DNA of 64,000 bases from a virus (Duplodnaviria; Caudoviricetes), in the IMG/VR virus record IMGVR_UViG_3300046615_000208, positions 32,001-96,000 of that record. One strand, 5' to 3'. The translations under genes were made by a program, and so were the position numbers. Positions 19,828 through 33,507 of the stretch are shown here, one piece after another (positions within the stretch are counted from its first letter, which is position 1; the number at the start of each line of letters is the position of its first letter). The notes below the pieces were generated by a model, which saw only the letters and a program-made list of their open reading frames with translations, made no database searches and was not told the DNA's origin.

Positions 19828-22800
19828 ATGAACAACGACGACTTTGATCCGATCACGGAGAGCCTACTCGCCTTACTGCCGTACAACTCGGAGATCATCT
19901 TCCCGGACGGGAAAACGTACCGTAAGGAGTTCTCTGCCGAAGACCTCGAATGGACGGAACTGGACGGAAGATGGAGGGACTCCCCTCGGAAAGCAAGTGC
20001 TAGGCTGACTGCTGAGTACTCCGAAGCGCAAATCTGGGCTGGAGACCACAAAAATACCAACCACAAGTACGTCACTGGAGACCGGCTCGACCATATCGAA
20101 GCTGAAGCGAAGAGGCTGGTGGGACAGTCCCAGCAGTCTTTTAGCACAGCACGGACACAGGATGATCTTCTCAATGCAAAGATGCAGGCCGTACGTGCAC
20201 AAGGAATGAATGAAGCACTCCGGATGGTCCGGGGATACCACGAAGGGATTTAGCAATGACATCACACTATGAAACTAAAGACACTTGGGGCGCTAAGATC
20301 AGCCTCGAACATAACAACAGCCGCTCTGGTGCTTCTGGTCACAATGTGCTGGTCACGGCTGAAGCAACGTTCCGGGATGACATTGTCTATGCCAGCGTGA
20401 AGGGCGAGAAGACAATTCGGGAGTTCCTCTACAACTTCGCCGTTATCGGTGGTATTATCAAAGAAGGTGAAACCCTCTCCATTGATGAACCATCCGACAG
20501 AGATGTACCTAACGATGGTACGTACAAGCTCACTGGAGCATCGGAGTCTCGCCAGATCGCAATCGTTCAGGGTGGCCGGGTTATGGTTCCACAGCCAGAG
20601 GATGGCACCATCATCGACTACACGGATGTCTACCTGTCCAAGTACTCGCAATGGGAACTGACCCCTCTGGAGAAGGCAGAGCGGAGCGTCCGGACCAATG
20701 CCTAACTGGCCTACACCCCTTGACCTACAGGAGCGCTATGACCACGCTGAGAAGATGCTCAGCGCCGCGTCACAGGTCCATGATTCCGTGGCGGTCCAGT
20801 TTTACGCCGGTCAGCTTTCTGTGTTAGGCTTGTTCGTAGAAGATGATGTACTGATCCCGGAAAAGGAGATAGCCGTCTACTCGCCCAACTCTAGGGTCCA
20901 TGACACCATGAAGGTGATCAACACAGGTAACCCGGAGGAAGATATCGAATACGCGAACAAATTCGCAGATTCGTACAAAGAACAGGCCCGAGAGGGTGGC
21001 ATTCATGCTGACAAAGATGCTACAGTGGTATATCGATATGTCACGGAGTGGCAGAAGCTAGAGGAAAGGAACAAGTAAATGGAGATTGCACTCGCAATTT
21101 TCCTCGGTACCGTATTTAGTATCGGAGGTCTCGGGACACTGATCTACGTGAAGGCAAAGGACGACTGGAACGCGCTCTTCAGCCGTGCCGCACAGATCGG
21201 TAGAGCCAACCTTGGCACCAAGTCTTCCCGGTTGGGGCTGGAGTTTCAGAAAAAGCCGGTAAGCAATGAACTGGCTGTACGGGACTGGCAGGCGGAATAT
21301 GAGGGCCGTAAGGAACTGGCACTGGTCAACAAGGAATTCCATGTCATCGTCCGTTCGTGGAACGAAATCAACGACAATTACTACGATGGTATCGAAGAGC
21401 GTTGGTTCTGGGAGTGCGCCTGTGGCGAAAAGCAGCACCGCAAGAACAGGGAAGCTGGCCGCAACTCTGCACGTCGCCACCTTGAACTGATGGGTGGTCG
21501 CAACGAAGAGGGCGTACGGGACGAAGGCTGGCTCCGGGGGAAAGGATTCTAATGCCAGATGAAAAGGAAACCATTGAGGCCAGTAAAATCACTGTCGGGG
21601 ATTTGAAGGCGGCAGATATAGAGGCAGGTCACATTGCCATCGGGATCATCAACATGGAGACCGGTAAGCAGGGCGTAAGACACCTGTACAGTGATCGGTA
21701 CCGCGAGCGCTGGCCTCAGGATCAGTACCCGGAGAAGTACGAAGAGGATGGTCCTGTTGAGTAAACATCGCAGGGAGGGTGCAAATCTTACTTGCACCCT
21801 CCAAGGCCATACTTGGGTAAAGAACGGCTGGACAGGCCGGTCCTACCCGTACTGGGAGACTGACGCATTTAAAACCGGTGAGGAATACCCTCTCCACCTT
21901 GACGAGGTCCGACAGTGGTACTGCAAACGTAGCTGCGGGTCGCACCGCTACACGTTCGAGAACTGGGACCACGAGTTGTCCCGCGAAGAAAAGGCCCTGC
22001 TTAGAATTAGGGATCGCGCCACAGTAGCTGCTATGATGTGGTTACTAGACGGAGAGGATGAAGATGAACCAGAACAATCTTGACGTGCTGAAGGCACGCG
22101 TGAAGGCCGCTGAAGGGCACGGAGTGCCTACACTGGTGGTGGCGACAGTGGAGCTTCGTGAAGCCCTAGACCGGCTGGAGAAGCTGGAGGAACTGGTGAA
22201 GGAGGTTACCTTCAAGGTCGGGGATGTGGTCCGCGAGGTGGGAGATGACGAGCCGACCGGTGAGATCATCCAGATCAAGGAAGGCCGGGACGAGAAGGCG
22301 TACGTCGTGAATCTGTACAGCCCGCCGCCAACGGCTGGGTTCACGTCCATCACCTACTACGCGGACGAGATCGAACTGATTGAGAGGCCGAGCAAGTGAA
22401 AACCCGTACTGTATTGACAAATTGATGCGTAACGACTAAACTGTAGGTATGACTGAAGTAATCCACAGATACATCGGGACGGTATCCAAAACCAAGGCAA
22501 CGGATTTGACAGAAGCCTCCATCGTATGGTTTGATGGTGAGTACCGGAGCCTCGCAGCTATTGCCTATGAAGGCAACAAGGTTCGTCTCCGTTTCAACTG
22601 GCTCTCCCAAGAATGGGATCGAAGTTTGACAACGAAGGAAACGGTACGTACGCTGGGTACGTACCGAGTTACAGGAATCAAAGAAGGGGAGTAAATGATC
22701 GTTTACAGTGTCGGAGAAAAGATCAAGATCAAGGAAACCACCTCTGCCCTCGGGGTAAAGCTGGAGAAGGGTATGAAGGGGATCGTCGTGTACACACTCC

Positions 22801-25800
22801 CCGAACGGGTTGAAGCCGTGTTCGAAGGGCTAGGTCTGGTGTCGGTGGGCCATGACCTCATCAAGAAAAAGGTGCGCAAGACCGAACGCCTTGTTAAGGC
22901 CAAGAACCTCAAGCTCAGCGACGAGGTGCATATCCCCGGATCAGGTGAGTATAACAAAATCGGAAACATTTACCGTAACAACTACGACTCCGACGAGACT
23001 ACCATCACGGTCGAGACTGTAGAATACGACAGCAAGGACTACGGCTACAACGATCTGGTGGAGGTACGTCGATGAGCTACCTGCTTCTCGGAATCGCAGT
23101 CGCTGCGGCCTTCACAGCACTGGTCCACCTTATCCTCGCAATCCGCGCTGTAGCTTTTGGCGGTGGCTTTGACGGATTTGGGGCACAGTTCTACTACACG
23201 GGTGTCATCGCGGTCAGCGTCGTCCTTGCCATTTGGCTTGGACCGCTCGCCCTCGCAGGGATTGGACTCCTGTGATGAGCCGCACAGCAAAGCACCGCTA
23301 CTCCCAGAAGGAAGAGGACCTCATCTGGAAGCTCTACACAGCGGAAGAAAAAGAACAACACAACAAATTTGTCATGGGCTATGGGGAGTTCACGGCGAAC
23401 ACACAATTCATCGATTCTCTGCGGAGTACGGTGATGACACGAAAGGGACAAGATGACACAGTTTGAAAAGTTTGAAGTAGGGGACCTCGTATTTGCCAAT
23501 GAGGACCACCCGTATCTGGATGTGGACGGCGAAAGCCCCGGTATTGTGACCGAGGTCATGGAGGACTCCTTCGGCGTGCAGGTCGAGGTTGGCGTGGAGT
23601 TCTATCCGGACAACAATGAAGTCCGGTTCACCCCGCAGGAGTTGACCATTGTCGGTCGCGATGGTGAGCTTGCCACCTTCGAGGACATCAAGGAAGGTGA
23701 CCGGATCATGATGATCAGTCCTGATGACGAGTTGGTCAAGGTTGTGGTGGAGGATATCTACCATAAGGGTGGGATTGCTGACATCTACGGGGTATACTCG
23801 GAGAACACTGATGAATCCGTCACCTTCGCGCTTCCCGCTGATACTGATGTCTTCAAGGTATCTGCTTGAATATGAACATCACGCATACTGCTGTTGCTAC
23901 GGGTAACACCCGTCTTACTGCGGGGGACCTAGCAAGCTTTGCAAAAGGCATCCCCGCAGAATCCACCGTGCGAATTGATACGCACAACCCTGTTGACCAG
24001 CGGGACAACCACCGCTGGACTATCGAAGCCGAATGGGACGAAGTTGCCCAGAAGAATTGGACGAGGCCACAAACACGATGAACGACAATAATGTAACGGA
24101 TATGCTGAAGGAAGCCCTCTTGAAGTCGCATGACCAAGGTTATGCCAAGGGCAGGGTGGACGCTATAAAGGCACTGTCCGTCTCCCTGCATTTCGTCTAC
24201 GATCTTGGTATCCTTACTGAGGAAGAGAAGAAGGGGTACAAGATTACCCTTGACACCGTAGACGCGACACTGAGGATTCTCGAACAGAACAATGAGGAAA
24301 ACGGTTTCTAGTGGAAAATGAAGATGAACTGTTCGCCAGATGGGAGCAGGAAATGGCAGCCATGCCCTGCGAATCTGACGCACATGATTCTTCGCCAGCA
24401 CATGCGGGGCCGGGTGAATGGTATATATCGTTTGCCTGCCCCCGCTGTAAAAAAGTGAGCACCATCCTACTGGTATGTGACCGGTACAACAGTTTCCTGC
24501 CGTCTATGATGATCATAGCTGGTGCGTCTGTGGTAGAATGTGGTAAGTGTAGCCAGCAATTTTTATATCGGGAGACCATAATTGTCTCCGAGAGAAGGCA
24601 AGTGTGACCGACCTATTGGCCCTGCTTCTGGGAGTACTCTTCCTTGTCTTCTGGGTTTGCGTAATGATCTATTGGAATTCGCTGACTAGAGCCTATGACT
24701 TAGGGGAGGAAGACTACTCGCGGCGAAAGAATCGGCTGGTGGAGTATAACGGTCTTGCGCGTATCGCCTACACCCGGGGCCGAAGATGTGCAGCCTGTAC
24801 AGGTAACGCAAAACTGAAGAACAGACTTAAAGGCCGTAGGTTGACAATTTAAGTGTAAGGGGCTAGACTATTCGTAGTTTAGCCCCTTACCTGTGAAAGG
24901 ACAAAATAAATGAGTAAACTCAAAACAGCAAAAGCCATCCGGAAATCCTTCACCATAGCTGGTGCGATCCTCAAATGGGTCGGTATCACTGCCCTCCTTG
25001 TGGGTATTGGTTTAGGTCTATGGGCTTGGGCCAATGCACACTTCCTCAGCTTCGCTGTTGTCATCGGGATTGTCGTCACGTTCTCCATGATCGGCGGTAT
25101 CTTCGAGGCGTGGGACTGGAGCGAGAAAACAATTGAAAAAGCTGAAGAGGAAGAGCGCGAAGCACAGGAACGTGGTCGCGCTGAGAAGAGGCGGGAAGAG
25201 ATGCCTTCCCCTAAACCTATTCGCACTCCTGACTTCGACTTCGACTCCACTGACCCGTACGGGCACTACCGGTAATTTTGACAAACCCCGAACTAGCTGA
25301 TAGGTTATACACATGAAACTTGAACACGTGCTGGAGGTCGAGCAGACCATCCATGAAATCGAAGAACGATCCAACCGCAACCGTCTCGGAATGCTGGTGA
25401 CACAGGAGGTTGCCGACTACCGCGCACATGGTGCTAAGAAGGACGTAGAGACCCTTCTGGCGGTCGTAAACGCGGTGATGGACAAGCTGGCGGATTCCGG
25501 TGATTCCGTCCGCTCAGAAGACATTCTGGCGGTCATCCACGAGGCAATGGAAGAATCTAAGGAGGTTGCGAATGTCTAGGTTCAAGAACCAAGAACGCGT
25601 TCAGGTCATTGCTAATCCTTCTGGCTACCACCTCAAGTACGGTACGGTAGTCGAGACAGACACTGCCTCGGTTCGGGTGCGTGTTGACGGAGAAGGCAGG
25701 GGGATGAGGTTCTGGGATACAGAGCTTGTGCCTGCCCCGCATGCTCCTGCACCGGAAAAGGAACTCACCCAGACCCAGAAGTACATCCGGGAACTGGATG

Positions 25801-27495
25801 AGGACACCAAGCTACTGTTCGATGCTGCTGGCCTCTACCCGCAGGGTACAAGCGTCCAGAAGGACCTGCAAGCCTTCGCAAGCCATCAGGCAAAGATCGT
25901 CTACAACCTGAAGCTCGTACTGAGTCAGGACGGCGTAACGCTCTGGGAGGCTGAAGATGGCGGTAAGTGAGGATTGGTCGCCCGGAAACACTGGCAATCT
26001 TGAGGATGATCTGATAGAGTTGATCATGTTCGGCTGCTCTGACGGGTACGTGACGGATGAGAATATTGAAGCATGTAGAGAAGAACCCGGTACCTATGGG
26101 TACGCGGCAGACTTGGTAATTAATTACCTCCGAGAGAAGGGAGTTGTTTTAGATGGGTAGCAAGGTTTGGCCTGAAGCACGAAATGGATACGGTGAAGAC
26201 ATCGTAGCGGTTCGTAAGGCAGAGCGTACCGTAAAGGTGTTCCGCGTAATCCTGACCGTACTGGTTTCGGTGGCGGTGGTGGCAGGGGCGATGTTCATCC
26301 CGCCGGTAGTACTGATGTGGATCGGCGGTGTGATCCTCGGTGTGGGCGGAAGCTACCTGCTGGGAGGCGCAATCGGTCTGGGTCTCTACGCACGCAAGGA
26401 AGCTGTCAAGACCCTGCAACGGGCAAAACAGCGCGGAGTCTCCGCGAGTTGACATACTGGGCCACCCAGTGTTAAGGTAAGTATATGTCCTAGAGGAAGA
26501 GAAGAAAGCAAATGGAGGCGTACATGTCCGACGAGATCAACAAGGCCCACACGGTCTACATGAAGAGCCAGTGGACTGACCCGGAACCGGACACCTTCCG
26601 GATGTCTGTGGAGGCCGCAAACCCTCACGGACCCAAGTTCGTGGTCATGAGCGGCTGTGCCACATGGCTGTCGCTGAAGCAGGCCCGAGAAGTCTACGAG
26701 ACTCTGGGCCGGTACATCGCGTTTATGGAACGCAGAGACAAACGTCGAAGCAGGGCCGAGAACGCCGGTGGCTGACTGGATGGATGAGATGCGTAAGTGG
26801 ACCAAGGACTACTACAGGACGCAGGAGAGAGTGAACATAACCCAGTTGCTGTTCGGCAACGAGAAGGGCTGGACATGGCCTGACATGTGGGTACCCTACT
26901 TCGGCGGTGACCCTGTCAAGGAAGTGGTAGGGAATCCCAACTGGAAGAACAACGTGGTCAAGGAACCCTACACCCTGCACTTTATCTCTACCGGAAAATG
27001 GATCACCTACCAGAAGTTCGGAACCCGCTGGATGGCATCCTTCGATCCGGGTGGAAACGTTCCGACTGAAGTTGACATCAGGACTGCGGTGCAGTATGCT
27101 GAAGACAGACACAAAGACGATGTAGCAACAATGAAAAAGAAATGGAAATATCTATGAACGTACAGGAACGTATCGCCATTGCCCTCTTCGAGGACTGGAA
27201 GACCTCTGACCGGGAACTCACACTGACGTGGGAGACCGCAGGGGCAACGCTCCAGCGCGTCTTCCTCCGGAAGGCTGAGGTGGCTCTGGAGGCCCTGTCC
27301 CTGCCGCTGGAGCACATGGTGAGCTTCTTGCACACTGCCGATGCTTTGGACATCGCAACGGAGGACTACCCCCTCTCGTGGCACTTGGAGAACTACCTCA
27401 CTGACCGTGGTCTGACAGCCTGACTTGCATCTGGCGGTAAGCACTGCTAGACTGATTACAACGAACATGAACAAGAACAAAGAAAGGCACTAAAA

Positions 27496-28419
27496 ATGAC
27501 TTTTGCAAAGGGAACCAAGGTACGCTACAGGGCAACCATCTCTCCGCTCGAAGGACTTAACGGGCTTGAGGGGATCGTCAGTGAATCTCGCCCCTACGAC
27601 ACGACGATGATCAAGGTCACCAAGGGTTCGGACAGTGGCGACAATGACCACATCATCGGCAAGGTGGAGGGCTTCAGCACGTCTGCCTTGGTTGAGGTGG
27701 TTGATGAACCGAAGGAATTCAAGGTGGGAGACCGGGTGAAGGTCAATGATCCGGACGGTCTCAGCCATCATGGACTCATTGGGGTCATCACGGAAGTCGG
27801 CTCTGTGTACGGCGGGGGCACCGTCAAGGCGGATGTCGATGAGTCCTGTGAGGCTTTCCAGACGCTCCGGAGGTGGAACCGCGAGCTTGACGGTAAGGAC
27901 TTTTTCCTGAAGGCCTCCACACTCGAACTCGTTGAGGAAGAGAAGCTGAAAGAAGGCGGGGCGATCAGCTACGAGCAGGTCGAACGCGGCCAGCGTATCC
28001 GGGTCTCCTACGAGAGCAAGGGTGTTGTCCACAGCCGCGAGGGCATCGTGGGCAAGGTCGCCAAGTACAAGAACGCCTACGGAACCAAGCTCAAGGACAA
28101 CTGGACCATTAACGTACAGGACGATGAGGCCGAGCGCTACGGCGGCAAGGGCCAGCGTCTGAACTGGGGCAGCGAGAAGAATAAGGAAACGATTGTTCTT
28201 CTGGAGGCGGCTCCTGAGGTTGACGCAGTGCTGGAACGTCTGCTAGAGTCCAAGGGTGGTACAGTGGTTCGGGCATTCGCCCACCGGTTCTTGGTCCGTG
28301 ATGCCTTCTCTGACACGTGGCGTGACTACTCCAGCGGGAAGTCCTATTCGTCCGAGACCCTGCGTCGTGAAGCTGGCGACAAGATCGCATTCTTTGTAGA
28401 AGACATGGAAGGAAACTAA
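27496..28419 (+). CDS. Multi-SH3/KOW-like domain protein
   Basis: FAKGTKVRY, FKVGDRVKV, ERGQRIRV repeats; paralog of 28419-29444. Confidence 0.6.
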   Translation: MTFAKGTKVRYRATISPLEGLNGLEGIVSESRPYDTTMIKVTKGSDSGDNDHIIGKVEGFSTSALVEVVDEPKEFKVGDRVKVNDPDGLSHHGLIGVITEVGSVYGGGTVKADVDESCEAFQTLRRWNRELDGKDFFLKASTLELVEEEKLKEGGAISYEQVERGQRIRVSYESKGVVHSREGIVGKVAKYKNAYGTKLKDNWTINVQDDEAERYGGKGQRLNWGSEKNKETIVLLEAAPEVDAVLERLLESKGGTVVRAFAHRFLVRDAFSDTWRDYSSGKSYSSETLRREAGDKIAFFVEDMEGN

Positions 28420-29444
28420 TGACGGTTCGTAAGAACAGTATCGTGGTCCGTAAGAACTCTGAGGGTTGGTCCACCAACTTCCGGGTTGAGGCTGTGGACG
28501 GGCGTACAGCCAAATTGCGAAGCTTGGACAGCTACCTACTCTCGGAAGAGGATGTGGATGATCTTGCGGTACGCTACCATGTGGATACCTTCGATCCGGG
28601 CGACACCGTCCGTATCCTTCGGGAATACGCTGACCGGTACAATGAAGCCGATGGTGAGAACGAACTGACGGTGGTACTTCAGAAGTCGAGTAGCACCCCT
28701 GTCACTACGGTGGAGAACAACATCGGGCACCAGTTCAATATCCTCAACGAACGTCTCTACCTTGTACGTCCCGCCAAGGCGTTCAAGGCGGGGGACAGGG
28801 TTGTGGTGGACCTCGACCTTGTGACGAAGTACGACAACGATGGTATCTCTGATTACTGGACTAATGTCGGCGTCCTTGTCCTGACTGAGGACAGCGGCAG
28901 TCGTGCGGTCAAAACCACCAGCCACGTCCGGTACGAGAAACAAGATGGCATGACTAACAACGTCCCTACGCGCTGGCTGAAGCTCTATGAAGAGCCTGCC
29001 AAGCGTGTAGTTGGTTCGGCTATCCGGTCAGGGGATGTTAAGGTTGGTGACACCATTCGAGCGACATATACCCACATGGGCATGAATGTTAGCTCGGAGG
29101 GAATGGTGAGCCGACTCCAACAACTCGGCAATGATGAGCAAGCCCTCTTTGCTGTCGGTGGCGCAAGGTTCCCACTACAGATTTTGGACACCGTCTACAC
29201 TCTGCTGGAGGAAGCTCCTGAACCTGTGGACGAGAACCTTCAGCGTCTTCTGGATGCTGAGATCGGGGACATCGCCCACAGCACCTACGCTGATGAGTAC
29301 TGGAAGAAGGTTGGGGACGACGCATGGCAGAAGCTTCATGAGGGCTTCGGCTGGACTCGTACGGCAGAGCAGGTGTTCGGCTCGTTCTACAAGCTGAAGT
29401 ATGGGGAACTGTTCATCTACAGGAAGGTAAACGATGCTGACTAA
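28419..29444 (+). CDS. Multi-SH3/KOW-like domain protein
   Basis: FDPGDTVRI, FKAGDRVVV, VKVGDTIRA; shares LLE.APE...L.RLL with the preceding gene. Confidence 0.6.
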   Translation: MTVRKNSIVVRKNSEGWSTNFRVEAVDGRTAKLRSLDSYLLSEEDVDDLAVRYHVDTFDPGDTVRILREYADRYNEADGENELTVVLQKSSSTPVTTVENNIGHQFNILNERLYLVRPAKAFKAGDRVVVDLDLVTKYDNDGISDYWTNVGVLVLTEDSGSRAVKTTSHVRYEKQDGMTNNVPTRWLKLYEEPAKRVVGSAIRSGDVKVGDTIRATYTHMGMNVSSEGMVSRLQQLGNDEQALFAVGGARFPLQILDTVYTLLEEAPEPVDENLQRLLDAEIGDIAHSTYADEYWKKVGDDAWQKLHEGFGWTRTAEQVFGSFYKLKYGELFIYRKVNDAD

Positions 29445-32400
29445 GGAAGAGTTTCTGGCCCTGCTACCGGGAGAGGAATTCCTCTCTGAGGGCCTACGGG
29501 CCTTCAAGATGGCCGATGATGCGTTCGCCTTCTTGGAGGGCGGCAGAGGCATCGTCTGGGGCCAGCCAGCAGGTATCTAAAAAGGAAGGGACTCGGGGTT
29601 GATACTCCGGGTCCTTTCTGGTATGCTGAAGCCATGACAAAGAACGAAGTAAACAACAAGAGACGTGTACAGCAGTTGCGTGCCGGTGGCTCGGAGGACT
29701 TGAAAGAGTTCTACACCCACTACAGAGACACGTGCTACGGCAGTGGGTCCGTCTCCCTTACATGGGCGAGAGAGGCCTCAGAACTGATCCTGACCCTTCT
29801 GGAAGAGCGGGAGTCATTCAAGGACAGGGCGCGGTCCTCGGGGCCTAAGATCGTCCTGAGACTGATGAAGAACGGACATATCTGGGACTACACCAAGCAC
29901 GTCGAGGACGTAACCGCGTGGTCCCGAAAGATTCTGGCGGAAGAGCCGGATGCAAGAATTGAAGTAGAGTACGCCTCTGAAGAGGAAATGTACCAATGGA
30001 AAACGGGAGGATTGTAGAATGTCAGTATTTATCCCTTTTTATGTCGCGGGGGTTGTTATTCCTATGGTGTTCGCCTTCTTCGTCTATCTGGGTGAGGGGC
30101 GTGAAGCAACCCGCACAGGGGCGCGTATTATCCTGCTTGCTCCCATCTGGCCGTTACTGATTCCGGTGGCCCTTACGCGGGGCGTCAAGTGGCTCTGGAA
30201 GACGGCAGACTGGCGGGGCGTAGAAGAGGAAGAGGCGACCCTTCGGGCGCAACGATTTGGGCGTGCACGTGGTTGGTAACTATCGGAAAGGAAAACAGTG
30301 GGGTTTGGTCTGAAGCCGAACAAGAATCGGATTCGGTTTGAAGATGTTCAGGAGGGAGACCGCCTGAGGGTCCGCTACACAGAGGGAGACCGCTGGGAGG
30401 ATCAAGACATGTGGAAGCCTCCGGGGGCCGCTGTAGGCCGTAGCATTGGCGTCCTACGCACCATTGTGTCTGAAGCCAAGATGCGTCCGCTGGAGAACGT
30501 CTGGCTGTCTTCAGACGGGCGCACAGTGGTACACAAGGACTGGGCAGAGTTGGAGATCATTCGGCTTGACAAGATGCACGAGAGGGGTTAGGCTTCAGGT
30601 ATGACAAAGAAACGAGACCCCCGAGTGGTAGCTGTCGCGGAGAAGCTGGTGGAGGTTCAGCCCTACGGGAAGGACTTCCGCAAGACCGAACCCAGCGTTG
30701 CTGACTACCACGCTGCCCTGATCGCTGTCCGGACACTGGACGAAATGGGCGAGTACGAGTACAACATCGAAACCTTGGACCTCGTAACTGGGCATACACA
30801 CATGTGGCGTGAGCGGTGGGAGCATGACACCGAATGGCTCCAGCGGAAGCTCGATGAGAGACACGCGTACGACCGGAAGCTACTCAACATTCCCGGTGGT
30901 GGACCGGTGGAGTACACGCATAGGCTGGTCAAACGCCGGAAGGCAGGAAGGATCGAAGATGTCTAAGTTCGAGGTAGGACAAGAGGTAATCTTCAGCCAT
31001 GGGGACCTGAAGGATGTGAAGGGCGTGGTACTTAACCCTCACTTTCAAATCAGTCAGTCAGACTGGCCCGAGGTTGTGGTACAGTACGGTGACAACCATC
31101 GCTTCTTCGTGGACATGGACAAGGTCCGTCCTGCTGAGGACCCGTACGAGTACGGTGCCACGTGGGCATCTCCCTTTGCGGATGAACCGTACTTCCCGTA
31201 CTTCGAGATTTTCGAGAACGAGTGGGGCACCCTTGAAGAAGCTAAGCAGTCTGCCCAAGAGGCTGAGAGTGTGGGCAACACTGACATCAAAATCATGCGC
31301 CGCCTGAAGGCTGGGGAACCGGAGGACTACAATGTCTAAGTTCATCAAAGGACACCGAAGCATCACGCAGACGTACACGGTGGTGGACGGGCCGGTGGTC
31401 GAAACAGAGCCGGGACACCTGACGCAGGGCAAGTTCAAGGTGGACTATCTGGCCGTCTCGTGGATGGACGGCGAGGTGCAGTCAGTGTATCTCAAGGGAC
31501 AGGGGCTGAAGGCAGACGGAAGTCTCGGGAAGTACGCACGCTCGCGCAGGCTCGTCGGGTCACATATCCCGGACTGGGTTGAAGAGCTACTGGACATTAC
31601 CCTGTAACTCTGGTAGTCTTTAGCTAACAGGTCAACGACAACGGAAGGAAACCATGAGCAACGCACGAAAGAATTCCACGTCAGTCTCTCTGACTGAGGA
31701 TGAACTGGTGAAGCTGGACGCACTGTACCGGGTTGCTTGGGGCAGTTCCTACAATCCGGACCGGACCCAGAAGAAGCTTGCGAAGGCGTTGGCCCGGATC
31801 GAGAGCCAGCGGGAGGACTCTGGTGAGTAAGAAAGCAAGGGACCACCGCGCACGCGCACGCAGGGACGAGCGGTATCTGACCGGACGGGCCAAGCCGGAT
31901 GACATGGACATCCACCTGTACGGCTGGAACCGTGCGAGGGTACGCAACCTGCGCAAGTGGGAGAGACAGGAGGGTCAGCTATTGTTCCAGAACAAGATGA
32001 CGTACCTGAACTGGCTACACTACGGACTGTGGCGACCACTAGTGAAAGGGGACAAATGAAATGGATGAATTGAAAGCTTTTATCGAGAATGAAATCAAGG
32101 TGGCTGAAAATGCAGGGGCCTTCTTCGAATTCGCACAGGGGTACGCGGCGGGTTGTGAGACAATTCTAAAGCACGTTGAGACTATGGAAAAAGAGAAGGC
32201 AGAGAAATCCAAGGTAATGCCAAACTTCGGGTTCGACGGTCAATTCTAATGGAACAGGGAAGAAACGAATGAGCGTAGGAAATACACACAGGCTCTATCT
32301 GGTGGGACCAACACCGGAGAGCGCAATCAAAAACAGCGAGGTCTTCACGGAAGAGAAGTCTGTACAGGAAGGTGTGATCGATGGGTTCAACATTTACTCC

Positions 32401-33192
32401 ATTGATGCTACACTGTTCGCTTCGAGGCTGAAGCCGGTAGAGAAATGGGATTGACATGGAAGGTGACTCTTGTCCATGGTCCGGACAATGAGGACGTAGA
32501 GACCCTTGGGAATCTACACGCCGCTATGGAGTGGGCAAGAATGAAGAGTGCAGAATACCACGACTATGGGGTGGATTGCCTTGGGCTGATGATGAACAAC
32601 TTCGTCAAGGAGGACTTCACGGACGGTGCTTCGTTCCAGTACGGGATGAACTACCATTGGGTAACCTTTGAGAAATTGTCCGAGGACAAGCCCGTACCTG
32701 CCGCTGTGACGCTCCCGGAAACGACGAGGGGGGTGGAACTGGACGTACTCTACCCTGCCAAGCCCGGAGAGGACGCGTCAGCGCATACGGACCGGCTTCT
32801 CAAGCACGCACGCGAACATGGAACCAACCGGCAGTGTTCCATCGGCTGGCATGATGAATGCTCTGAGATAGACCGTGGAGACGACGCTGATTGTAACTGC
32901 CTTTGTCATGCAGACGGTGCTGAGGTATACTCAGTGGAAGGACACGCTGAAGGCGGAGAGGTGACTGTGATCCGCGCAGAGCGTGGCAAGCACCACTGGC
33001 CCCCACAGAAGGGTGAGCCGAAAACCATGTGGGCTTGGTGGGTTCTGGGCAGGTCAGAGGTAGAGGCGGCGCTCAATGGTGCTGAGAAGGAAAGGAACAG
33101 ACTGGCATGACGAATGGGCTACAGCTACAGAAGACAGTTGAGCAGGCAATCATTGAGACGCTGACCAATCTGGAGGACGGGGCAGGCAAGCC

Positions 33193-33507
33193 TTGACAGA
33201 CTGGACGTACGTTCCGGAGTACTGGGACATCGGGACGGTGGAGGAACGTATCCACCGTCTTCGGCGTATTGTCCTGCTGCACTCTGTACTCTACTACAGC
33301 ATGGGTGAGACTCTAGTCCCTGATGCACAGTTTGACAAGTGGGCGTATGAACTTGTGGAGTTACAAAAAACGCATCCTGAAGCTTCGGGACGTGTCTACT
33401 ACCACAGGGACGCGTTCGCTGACTTTACGGGAGAGACAGGCTTTGACCTACCCCTGACAGATGCAGGAGCGATCAGGGCGGCAGAGAGGATGAAGCTTTA
33501 CACATAG
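33193..33507 (+). CDS. Stand-alone NAD-dependent DNA ligase domain Ia-like protein
   Basis: HSVLYYSMGETLVPDAQFDKWAYELVELQKTHPE matches LigA N-terminal H..YY....ISDAEYD....EL..LE..HPE; no adenylation domain. Confidence 0.72.
   Translation: MTDWTYVPEYWDIGTVEERIHRLRRIVLLHSVLYYSMGETLVPDAQFDKWAYELVELQKTHPEASGRVYYHRDAFADFTGETGFDLPLTDAGAIRAAERMKLYT
33360..33375 (+). repeat. Isolated intragenic copy of the GTTACA motif
   Basis: GTTACAAAAAACGCAT, identical to array copies. Confidence 0.65.

Larger units (their letters stand above)
19828..33110 (+). other. Block of several dozen short co-oriented hypothetical genes, many with SH3/KOW-like domains
   Basis: Abutting ORFs with ATGA/TAATG junctions, AAGGA RBSs and frequent TTGACA-17-TAnnnT promoters (22414, 24841, 25278, 27425, 29599, 30566). 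Confidence 0.75.
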
